DNA from: Candidatus Cloacimonadales bacterium | GTDB taxonomy: Bacteria; Cloacimonadota; Cloacimonadia; Cloacimonadales; JAFGVF01 | NCBI GenBank assembly: GCA_963678315.1 | Contig: OY782781.1 | Location: 672,001-736,000, forward strand | Direction: 5' to 3' | Length of the DNA stretch: 64,000 nucleotides | Shown: in pieces, positions 19,359 to 27,845 of the stretch | How positions within the stretch are numbered: position 1 is the first letter of the stretch | How the letters are laid out: each line of letters starts with the position of its first letter | Made by a program: the position numbers and the translations under genes | The notes under the pieces: generated by a model | The model's database searches: none | Told to the model about the DNA's origin: nothing | Seen by the model: only the letters and a program-made list of their open reading frames with translations

Positions 19359-19862
19359 TTACAACATATTGGTATCGAGTTTCATTACGATAGCATCTTC
19401 TTTGGGTTTCATGTAATAGTCTTTTCTTCTTCCTATCTCCTCAAAGTGAAACTTCTCATACAGTCTCTGAGCAGGAATATTAGAAGCTCTAACCTCAAGG
19501 TAGATATAAGAACATTCTAATTCTATAGCTTTATTAACCAAGTTCATCATTAAAAGACTTCCTAAACCCTGTTCTTGAAAATCTGCTTTTACACCTATAT
19601 TAAGAATAGTATATTCATCGAAAATTGCCCAGCCCATGTAGAAGGCTATCACTTCTCCCCTATATTCTAAAACATAATTGTTTCGGCAGTTTAAAGTCTT
19701 TCCCTTTACAGTCTTTGTGAAATTATCCTTCTGATTGAAATCATCTTGAAACATTTCTAAAGTCCATGGATGTGGGAAAATATCTTCTTCTAGAGCATGA
19801 ATTTGCTCAATATCTGATTCAATAAATTCTCTTATGACAATATCATCTTGCTTTATTTTCAT
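19359..19862 (-). CDS. rimI: ribosomal protein S18 alanine N-acetyltransferase
   Basis: FPHPW, ILNIGV...QGLG, LEVRASN, GRRKDYY..PKEDA. Confidence 0.88.
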   Translation of the reverse strand: MKIKQDDIVIREFIESDIEQIHALEEDIFPHPWTLEMFQDDFNQKDNFTKTVKGKTLNCRNNYVLEYRGEVIAFYMGWAIFDEYTILNIGVKADFQEQGLGSLLMMNLVNKAIELECSYIYLEVRASNIPAQRLYEKFHFEEIGRRKDYYMKPKEDAIVMKLDTNML

Positions 19863-20142
19863 AAAACTCGTACCTATTTATATATTTTGTAACAAATAAT
19901 ATAGATTTAAGTATCTGTCAATAATAAGTCAGACTTTCTTCAGTTATAGTTTGAGTAAAAGACTAAAGATTGCTTCCTATTTTTAAATATATATTACTAC
20001 ACAAACATCAAACACTTGATTATTTTTATGCTATTCCTACTTATTCTCTATGTTTTTTTTCACTGCTAAAGGCTCATTATAAAAGACTTTTCAATATAAA
20101 GATAAATAAATCACGAAAAATAACTTGCCTTAAATCCATTTC

Positions 20143-20157
20143 ATACTAAATTAGTAT
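20143..20157. promoter_or_regulatory. palindromic candidate Rrf2 operator
   Basis: ATACTAA-A-TTAGTAT ending 28 bp before the Rrf2 start. Confidence 0.45.
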
Positions 20158-20184
20158 ATAATAAATAAGTTGTAAGGATTAAGT

Positions 20185-20631
20185 ATGCAGTTAACTACTA
20201 AAACTGAATATTCTATTAGAGCATTAGTTCTTCTTAATGAAGATAAAAACTCATTGATTTCAATTAATGAGATTTGTAAGAGACAGAACTTGCCAAATAA
20301 GTATGTCGAGCAGTTGTTTAGAATGTTAAAGAAAGAGAACATAATTGGAAGTATAGCTGGTTCAAAAGGTGGATATTACCTAAAGATACCAACCCTGTGC
20401 ATCTCCTTAGGGAGAATCATGGAGATTGTTGAAAACCACCCTTATGAGACAAGTTGTGAACGTAACAACATGGAGTTCGAATACTGTCCGCAAAAGAATT
20501 GCCAATATAAACTACTATGGCATGAAATTTATGGAAACATACGAGATTACTTAGCAACTATTACACTCGAAGATATAAAAAAAAGAATAGAAAGAGGTAG
20601 CAGTGATGGAATCAAAGAGAATCTATCTTGA
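20185..20631 (+). CDS. Rrf2/IscR-like transcriptional regulator
   Basis: MQLTTKTEYSIRAL, YVEQLF, GSKGGYYL, three C-terminal Cys. Confidence 0.9.
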   Translation: MQLTTKTEYSIRALVLLNEDKNSLISINEICKRQNLPNKYVEQLFRMLKKENIIGSIAGSKGGYYLKIPTLCISLGRIMEIVENHPYETSCERNNMEFEYCPQKNCQYKLLWHEIYGNIRDYLATITLEDIKKRIERGSSDGIKENLS

Positions 20632-21787
20632 TAATTGTGTTACTACAAAACCAGATCCACGCATATTTGATGTTATGAAAGAGACTTGGGAGAACCAGTA
20701 TTGGTACCCAGCAAACTTTTTCTTATTAGGTGAAGCGGTAAGAAGCAAACTAAACGAATATCAGTCAAGTTTAGCTAAAACTATCAATTCCCAAGCAGAT
20801 GAAATCCATTTCACAAGAGGTGGTACATCGGCAAACAACATCGCTATTAAAGGCTTACTTAGTGCGAATGCAGGAAAAGGCACACATGTTATCTGTTCTT
20901 TAGTAGATTATCCTGATATTTTAACTAATATTTCCTTCTTCGAGAATAGTGGCTTTGAAGTTACTTATCTTGAGCCAGATGAATATGGTATTGTTTCAGC
21001 CCAAAAAGTAAAAGATGCAATCAGACCAGATACAATCATGCTTGCTACAACTTGGGTTAATCATGTAATCGGAACTATTCAACCAGTTGAAGACTATGGT
21101 AAGGTTTTAGCTGAAGCAGACCACAAAATATTCCTTCATGTTGATGCAGGACAAGCCTACGGCAAGTTCCCAATTGATGTTGAAAAAACTGGCATAGACA
21201 CCATGTCTGTTTCTGCCCATAAGATTCATGGACCTCAAGGCATAGGTTTTCTCTATAAAAAAAGTAAAACTCCTCTTGGACAGGTTGTTCATGGTGTAAA
21301 TAGAATCGATAATCTTGAAACTGGTGGTATTAATACAGGCTTGGTAGCAGGCTTTGTTAAGGCAGCTGAAATTACCTTTGAAGACCTTCCAGCTATGGAG
21401 AAACAACTTAGAGATACAACTAAATATCTTTATAAGAAAATTATGGAAAATATCTCAGAAGTTGAGCTTAATGGAACAAGCTTAGATGAACGTGTTGCTC
21501 ATAATTTGAATGTTTCTATTGATTATATAGAAGGTGAGGCTATGGCTATGATGTTAGATATGAGTGGAATTACTGTTGCCACAGGTTCAGCTTGTGCTTC
21601 TCAAGGATTAAAACCTAGCTACGTCTTGATGGCAATTGGTAAGAATCACATGCAGTCTCATGGCTCACTTAAATTCACAATAAGCAAATACACTACAAAA
21701 GAAGATATAGATTATACAGTTGAAAAACTAGTAGGCGTTGTAGAGGAACTTCGCAAAAGAAGTCCATTTTATAATAAAAATAACTAG
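20603..21787 (+). CDS. iscS: IscS/NifS-type cysteine desulfurase (divergent)
   Basis: HVDAGQ, SAHKIHGPQG (PLP Lys), TGSACAS (catalytic Cys). Confidence 0.85.
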   Translation: MMESKRIYLDNCVTTKPDPRIFDVMKETWENQYWYPANFFLLGEAVRSKLNEYQSSLAKTINSQADEIHFTRGGTSANNIAIKGLLSANAGKGTHVICSLVDYPDILTNISFFENSGFEVTYLEPDEYGIVSAQKVKDAIRPDTIMLATTWVNHVIGTIQPVEDYGKVLAEADHKIFLHVDAGQAYGKFPIDVEKTGIDTMSVSAHKIHGPQGIGFLYKKSKTPLGQVVHGVNRIDNLETGGINTGLVAGFVKAAEITFEDLPAMEKQLRDTTKYLYKKIMENISEVELNGTSLDERVAHNLNVSIDYIEGEAMAMMLDMSGITVATGSACASQGLKPSYVLMAIGKNHMQSHGSLKFTISKYTTKEDIDYTVEKLVGVVEELRKRSPFYNKNN

Positions 21788-21807
21788 GTAATATAAAAGA
21801 GGATATT

Positions 21808-22428
21808 ATGCAATATTCAGAAAAAGTTTTAGACCACTTTATGAATCCAAGAAATGTTGGTACAATAGAAAACCCAAGTGCTACTGCAACTGAAGGTTCT
21901 CCTGCTTGCGGAGACCAAGTAACAGTATATTTGCAAATTAATGACGAAACTAAAGTAATTGAAGATGTTAAGTTCAAATCTTATGGCTGTGCTTCAAATA
22001 TTGCAACTGCTTCAATGATAACTGAAATGGCAAAAGGTAAAACCTTAGAAGAAGCTGAAAAGATCTCTTGGAGAGATGCTATGGAAGAACTTGACGGTCT
22101 TCCTCCTACAAAAGCTCACTGTTCTGTCTTAGCTGCTGATACACTTCATAATGCTATTATTAATTATGAAATTGCTCACGGCTTACGAGAAGTAGCAGAC
22201 TTCTCTAAAGAGACCATAGTTAAAGAACTAAAACATGTAATTTACCCTCAAGTAGGTGAAGATATTGTCACCCTTAAAATGGTAAAGTATGTTGGTTTTG
22301 AAGATGGTGTCGCTATTATCGATTTAGAAATTCCTTCTTTCGATAAATACCGTGATAATGTCAAAGAAGAAATTGAAGAACACCTAGAAAAATATACTCA
22401 AATTAAAGAGATTAAAATTACAATGTAA
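21808..22428 (+). CDS. iscU: IscU/NifU scaffold fused to a DUF59/MIP18-like C-terminal domain
   Basis: YSEKVLDHFMNPRNVG, ACGD, GCAS, LPPTKAHC; extra VIYPQVGEDIVTLKMV domain. Confidence 0.88.
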   Translation: MQYSEKVLDHFMNPRNVGTIENPSATATEGSPACGDQVTVYLQINDETKVIEDVKFKSYGCASNIATASMITEMAKGKTLEEAEKISWRDAMEELDGLPPTKAHCSVLAADTLHNAIINYEIAHGLREVADFSKETIVKELKHVIYPQVGEDIVTLKMVKYVGFEDGVAIIDLEIPSFDKYRDNVKEEIEEHLEKYTQIKEIKITM

Positions 22429-22456
22429 ACACTAGTAAATCTAGCGAATAATATAT

Positions 22457-22486
22457 GGGACACTTGCACAAGTGTCCCTTTTTTTT
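22457..22486 (+). terminator. intrinsic terminator of the isc operon
   Basis: GGGACACTTG-CA-CAAGTGTCCC followed by T8. Confidence 0.88.
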
Positions 22487-22500
22487 ATTCAAATTAAGGG

Positions 22501-23098
22501 CTCCCTTACTTGCCTCCTTGAAAAAAAGCCGATTTTTCAATGAGACCCTTAAGGCTGAAGTGAGGATTAGGAGTTAGGAGTTACTGGGAACGCTTTGCCT
22601 CTTTTAGGGGTGCATTCATCCTTGAATGCGCATCTTTAAACATGCTTGCATGGTTGAAGAGAAATACCTTACATCATTCATTTTTTGAATGATGATGTTT
22701 CGCAAGCAGGGACTGTGACAGGCGAAGACTGATTCGAGCTGGCTGATACTGGGATCGCTATCGGCCCTTAAGTCAGGCGAAGACTGATCCGTGCCGGCTC
22801 TTGTATTTAAATATATGCTAAACATATATTTAAATCTCTTATATAACCTACTTTCGTAGGTTTGGCCATCAGGGACGATGGCGTTCCGACTTTGCAGGAT
22901 AAACCAGAGAAGTAAATTTTTGTGTAAACTGGGAATGCTGTAGAGACGTTTGGAAAAACGTCTCAATTGCAAGCAAGGACCGTGACAGGCGAAGACTGAT
23001 TCGAGCTGGCTGATACTGGGATCGCTATCGGCCCTTAAGTCAGGCGAAGACTGATTCGTGCCGGCTTTTGTATTTAAATATATGCTAAACATATATTT
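22501..23098. repeat. modular hairpin repeat, locus 3, left part (267-bp units)
   Basis: Units start at 22702 and 22969; the second is interrupted by the IS. Confidence 0.9.
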
Positions 23099-23178
23099 TG
23101 TTAATAGAATTATAAAGTGGTACAGTAATGGAAGTATAAAATGGTACACTCCTCAAAATACAAATTTTGAGGATAACC

Positions 23179-24663
23179 ATGATAGAGGAAAGCATGTATC
23201 ACAAGATAAAATCGTGTCAGAATTTAAACTTAAGTGTAAGAGAAACAGCTAGGCAATTAGCTATATCACCAACGACAGTGCAGAAGTTCAGAAAGATGTC
23301 GTTAAAAGATTATACAGAATATAAGAGCAATATCTTTAGACGAAACAGTATTTTAGAGTCTTATAAAGAGTTGTTAAGCCTTTGGATTAAGGAATATCCA
23401 CGAATACGCACAACCAAACTTCATCGTAAATTCCAAAAGAAATACCCCGATATAGTTATATCAGAGCGAGCATTTTCGAATTACATAAATAAACTCAAAG
23501 AAGCAATAAAGCCTCGTTGTAGACGTTATTTTACCCCTGTAACGTATGAACCAGGAGTACAGATACAAGTAGATCCGGGAGAACAAAAAGTATTACTCAC
23601 AACAGGTGAAAAGATAAAAGTTTATTTTGTAGCCTTTAAAATCTCATACTCAAGAATGGTGTATGCTCATTTCCAATTAAGACCATATAATACTAATGAT
23701 TTTATACAAGCTCATGAAGCCTGTTTTAATTATTTTAGATGCTTACCAAAGCAATTAGTTTATGACCAAACAAAGTTAGTTGTAATAAGAGAAAAATATA
23801 GGGAAGTATGGTTAAATAAACTATTTGAACAGTTCCTAAACAAACACAATTTAAACTATTATATATGCGAAGGTTATGACCCTCAAACTAAAGGACTTGT
23901 GGAACGCCATGTAAGAGAAGTAAAAGAAGATTTTCTTTATGGAGATAAGTTTTCAGGGTTAAGTGAGATAGAAATGCGTTCAAAAGATTGGTTTGAAATG
24001 GTAAATAATAGAGAGCATAGCACAACTTTAGAAATTCCGACAGAAGTATTTAAAGCTGAAAAGGATTTAATGAGAACTTATATACCAAACAATAGAGTAT
24101 TGAGAAAAGTAGATAAACAAGGAATAATATCTTGGAAAGGTAATAAATATTCAGTTCCTTATATTTATCAAAAAAAAGAAGTTTTAGTAGAAGAATTAAA
24201 TAGCAAACTTTTGATAATAGATAGCTTAACACTAGCACAAGTAGCTAGTCATTCTGTAAAATATGGAAAGTCAAAGCCGACTATAAATCAAGCACATTAT
24301 ATTGATTATTCAGAAAAATTAGAAACTCTAAAGGATGACGTTTTAGAACTTCTGAAAGGATATCAAAATTATGACGTTTTTGTGACCAGGATTTTAAAAG
24401 AAAACACAAGTCACCCACGAGAACAATTAAGAGCAATAAGACGGCTATATAATGAATATAACCGTCTTGACTGGAATTTTGTAATTAATCAATCTTTAGC
24501 ATTTTCACAACTACGCGCAAGCAAAGTTGAAAATGTTCTTGAAGCTCTCACAAAGCAATTAAAGATAAATGATTATATACAAAACAACCAAAGTAATAAT
24601 AACACAAGTAGTTCAAAACTAGCAAGAGATTTATCAGATTATGATAGGATGGTAAAAAAATGA
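23179..24663 (+). CDS. istA: IS21 transposase IstA
   Basis: N-terminal HTH; DDE residues in QVDPG, VYDQ, KGLVER; GNKYSVP; ATG 23179 after GAGGA. Confidence 0.93.
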   Translation: MIEESMYHKIKSCQNLNLSVRETARQLAISPTTVQKFRKMSLKDYTEYKSNIFRRNSILESYKELLSLWIKEYPRIRTTKLHRKFQKKYPDIVISERAFSNYINKLKEAIKPRCRRYFTPVTYEPGVQIQVDPGEQKVLLTTGEKIKVYFVAFKISYSRMVYAHFQLRPYNTNDFIQAHEACFNYFRCLPKQLVYDQTKLVVIREKYREVWLNKLFEQFLNKHNLNYYICEGYDPQTKGLVERHVREVKEDFLYGDKFSGLSEIEMRSKDWFEMVNNREHSTTLEIPTEVFKAEKDLMRTYIPNNRVLRKVDKQGIISWKGNKYSVPYIYQKKEVLVEELNSKLLIIDSLTLAQVASHSVKYGKSKPTINQAHYIDYSEKLETLKDDVLELLKGYQNYDVFVTRILKENTSHPREQLRAIRRLYNEYNRLDWNFVINQSLAFSQLRASKVENVLEALTKQLKINDYIQNNQSNNNTSSSKLARDLSDYDRMVKK

Positions 24664-25388
24664 TGGAACAATTAAAGAAAGATTTATTCAGGATAAGGTG
24701 TCGACATATACTCAATAACATTGAATCATATTTACAGCATGGAAGAGAGAAAGAACTCTCTAATCAGCAGTTTTTATCGTATATTATCAGAAATGAAGTT
24801 AATAGCAGAAATCAAACAGCTATTAAGCTAAAAATAAAAAGGTCAAATTTCCCTTCAGTAAAGACATTTGAAGAGTTTGATTATAAATATCAACACAGTG
24901 TAACTAAAAGGATGGTCAATGAGTGGTTGGATTTTGATTGGATAGATAACAGAGAAAATAAGATATTTATGGGACCTCCTGGAGTTGGTAAAACGCATAT
25001 AGCATTAGCTTTGGGATATGAAGCAATACAAAAGGGATATAATGTAAAATTTTACACATTTAATGATTTACTAGATGATATGTTAATAGCATCCAATGAG
25101 AAAAGCCTGAAAGAGTTTATTAAGAAACTATGTAAAAATGAATTAATAATTATTGATGAAATCGGCTATTTACCAATAAAGGAAATATCTTCAAGTATGT
25201 TCTTTAAACTAGTTAGCGAACTATATGAATTTAGATCTATTGTTATAACATCAAACAAACTATTTCAAGAGTGGGGATCTGCTTTTGGAGATAATGTTAT
25301 TACTTCAGCAATATTAGATAGACTTCTACACCATGCACAGCTAATCACGATGGATGGTGATAGCTATAGAATGAAAGGTAAAATTTAA
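24660..25388 (+). CDS. istB: IS21 helper ATPase IstB
   Basis: GPPGVGKTH, IIDEIGY, TSNK.F.EW, AILDRLLHH, GDSYR; ATGA overlap with istA. Confidence 0.95.
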   Translation: MMEQLKKDLFRIRCRHILNNIESYLQHGREKELSNQQFLSYIIRNEVNSRNQTAIKLKIKRSNFPSVKTFEEFDYKYQHSVTKRMVNEWLDFDWIDNRENKIFMGPPGVGKTHIALALGYEAIQKGYNVKFYTFNDLLDDMLIASNEKSLKEFIKKLCKNELIIIDEIGYLPIKEISSSMFFKLVSELYEFRSIVITSNKLFQEWGSAFGDNVITSAILDRLLHHAQLITMDGDSYRMKGKI

Positions 25389-25457
25389 CTTATTTTTTTA
25401 ACCAAAGTGTAACAGTTTATACTTCCAAAAGTGTAACATTTTAAACTTCTCTTGACA

Positions 25458-25920
25458 ATATATTTAAATCTTTTATATAACCTACTTTCGTAGGTTTGGC
25501 CATCAGGGACGATGGCGTTCCGACTTTGCAGGATAAACCAGAGAAGTAAATTTTTGTGTAAACTGGGAATGCTGTAGAGACGTTTGGAAAAAGGTCTCAA
25601 TTGCAAGCAGGGACCGTGACAGGCGAAGACTGATCCGTGCCGGCTGATACTGGGATCGCTGGCCTCCGTGCCGGCTCTTGTATTTAAATCTCTTATATAA
25701 CCTACTTTCGTAGGTTTGGCCATCAGGGACGATGGCGTTCCGACTTTGCAGGATAAACCAGAGAAGTAAATTTTTGTGTAAACTGGGAATGCTGTAGAGA
25801 CGTTTGGAAAAAGGTCTCAATTGCAAGCAGGGACCGTGACAGGCGAAGACTGTTGCTTGCACCCCAAAACCACTTCCCAAGCAAGGACTGTGACAAGCAA
25901 AGACTGATGCTTGGCAACCC
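25458..25920. repeat. modular hairpin repeat, locus 3, right part
   Basis: Completes unit 2; unit 3 at 25603-25822 (220 bp); further GCAAGC..GAAGACTG modules. Confidence 0.9.
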
Positions 25921-26020
25921 TATAATATCAATTGATTATCTTGACAAATATAATTTTACACTTGATTCTTGTTTTAACTGACTTTCAATGGAAGTTTAGG
26001 ATTACTTAAGGAGAGTAAAT

Positions 26021-26815
26021 ATGAAAAAAAAATTCTTATTATTTCTAGTTGCACTTGTTTTAGCACTGGTTTTGGTTTCTTGTTCAGACGATGATGATTC
26101 TTCATCATCTACAACAGGTCTTGATTTCACTAATGATAACTGGGTAGATGACATTGACTATTATATTATCTACGATTATCAAGCTGGTGAAATTGTTGTT
26201 CAAACAGATAAAGATGTAGAAACTAGCGGAATGAATGTTAATGGGCATCAGATTTTCTTAAACGAATGGGAATATGACGAAGATGAAGATTTTGCATGGT
26301 TCCCGTGGTATACTACAGCAGCTCAATTAACAGAATATGAAGACCTTTCTTTTACAGAAGGTGCAGAACTTGAATTTACCCTTTCTATTAATGGCAACGA
26401 AAATAGTGCTACTGTTAAAGTTCCTACAATGCCACAAGTAACTTTTCCTGCAATAGATCTTACAAGTGATTATGTTCTTGAATGGACTTCTAATGATGAT
26501 CCTGAAGTACAAGTTGTTGACTTTGAACTAGATTTGTTTGATGAACTGGGTGATTATGATTTTGAATATGTTGAAGTATTAGAACAATTAAGTGGTTCAG
26601 TAAGAGACTTTACAATATCTTCAGATAATTACTCTGATTATTCAGATTGGACAGTAGAAGATTACTATATCAGCGTTGATTCTGCCAACTACTCAAAGAG
26701 TGGAAAGTTTATGGTTGTAGTAGTTAACTCTGATGTAAACTCAACTTATGATTGGGATAAATGTGAAAGAAGAAGTAAATATCAATCAATCTTAAAGCAA
26801 ATATCAAGTAAATAA
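26021..26815 (+). CDS. acidic lipoprotein of unknown function
   Basis: LVSC lipobox, DDDDSSSS linker, AAGGAG RBS. Confidence 0.85.
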   Translation: MKKKFLLFLVALVLALVLVSCSDDDDSSSSTTGLDFTNDNWVDDIDYYIIYDYQAGEIVVQTDKDVETSGMNVNGHQIFLNEWEYDEDEDFAWFPWYTTAAQLTEYEDLSFTEGAELEFTLSINGNENSATVKVPTMPQVTFPAIDLTSDYVLEWTSNDDPEVQVVDFELDLFDELGDYDFEYVEVLEQLSGSVRDFTISSDNYSDYSDWTVEDYYISVDSANYSKSGKFMVVVVNSDVNSTYDWDKCERRSKYQSILKQISSK

Positions 26816-26836
26816 ACTAATAAAATATATAACTTA

Positions 26837-26867
26837 GAGTAGTGAATTTTCACTACTCCTTTTTTTT
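26837..26867 (+). terminator. intrinsic terminator
   Basis: GAGTAGTGAA-TT-TTCACTACTC followed by a T run. Confidence 0.85.
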
Positions 26868-26897
26868 GTGCAAAAAACAAGCAAATAATTTTGATTA

Positions 26898-27206
26898 TGG
26901 AGTGTAAGCATCCACCGCTAGGTTGAAGTGTAAGGAACTTCATGCTTACGCAAACTGTAGAGACGTTCGGAAGAACGTCTCAATCGCAAGCTAGAAGCTT
27001 ACAACCCTTTCTTCTGGGGTGCATTCATCCTTGAATGCGCATCTTTAAACATGCTCGCATGGTTAAAGAGAAGATACTTTAACATCATTCTTAATGAATG
27101 ATGTTTCGCAAGCAGGGACCGTGACAGGCGAAGACTGTTGCTTGCAACCCAAAAACCACTTCGCAAGCAGGGTTGCTTGCAACCCAAACTGTTGCTTGTA
27201 ACCCAA
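26898..27206. repeat. modular hairpin repeat, locus 4 (re-ordered modules)
   Basis: C module first, then GTAGAGACG hairpin, GGGGTGCATTCA module (as at 22607) and several GCTTGCAACCC copies. Confidence 0.88.
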
Positions 27207-27233
27207 AAAGAATTCCATAAAAAAATAAAAAAA

Positions 27234-27261
27234 GTGAAGGAAAAAGAGAGGGGAGAAGTCT
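27234..27261 (+). promoter_or_regulatory. putative ECF-dependent promoter GTGAAGGA-N16-GTCT
   Basis: Same motif, spacing and upstream A tract as at 14621-14648. Confidence 0.65.
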
Positions 27262-27292
27262 TAACCAATAGAAAACCAAAAGGAGTTGTAAA

Positions 27293-27739
27293 ATGAAAAG
27301 GTTTATTACAATATTACTCATGTTAACAGCAGTGTTTATGTTAGTTTCACAAGATATAAGAGATAATAATATGAAACCAAATAATGATACACAAAGACCT
27401 GAGATGGGGAAGAGGGAACAAGAATTTGAGGGTGATATTAATGAGAAAATAGACAATATAATGGCTACGTATGTAAGGGAATTGAAATTAACCGGAGAGC
27501 AATATGAAGTAATAAGAGCTATTGTTGTAGAAAAGATGGAATATTTCAAAGATAATAAGCCAGAAGAAAATGAATCTAGAACAGATTTTCGTAAAAAAAT
27601 GGATCAACTAAAAAAGGCTAATGAGAAATTCAATCAAAGAATCTGTGATGAGCTAAGCTCAGACCAACAAAAGAAATTTAAAGAACTCCAAGCTGAAAAC
27701 GATGATAAGAGAAAAGCTAGAGGACCAAGAAGAAAATAA
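27293..27739 (+). CDS. exported helical Spy/CpxP-like protein
   Basis: Signal peptide, ELKLTGEQ and LSSDQQKKF (LTxxQ-like) motifs. Confidence 0.7.
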   Translation: MKRFITILLMLTAVFMLVSQDIRDNNMKPNNDTQRPEMGKREQEFEGDINEKIDNIMATYVRELKLTGEQYEVIRAIVVEKMEYFKDNKPEENESRTDFRKKMDQLKKANEKFNQRICDELSSDQQKKFKELQAENDDKRKARGPRRK

Positions 27740-27760
27740 CGAATCCCATAAATCCAAACT

Positions 27761-27822
27761 AAAAGGGTTGAGTTAACCTATATTCAAGTAATCTAATTAC
27801 TAAATCAAACTCAGCCCTTTTT
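27761..27822 (+). terminator. intra-operon hairpin (possible partial terminator)
   Basis: AAAAGGGTTGAGTT...AACTCAGCCCTTTTT with a long loop. Confidence 0.5.
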
Positions 27823-27845
27823 ACTATTTTGTATAACGAGGTAAC

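Larger units (their letters stand above)
23099..25457 (+). mobile_element. complete IS21-family insertion sequence, 2359 bp, 8-bp target duplication ATATATTT
   Basis: TG...CA ends. Left TGTTAATAGAATTATAAAGTGGTACAG versus right (reverse complement) TGTCAAGAGAAGTTTAAAATGTTACAC. Two subterminal repeats 24 bp apart at each end. ATATATTT at 23091-23098 and 25458-25465. istA-istB inside. Confidence 0.93.
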
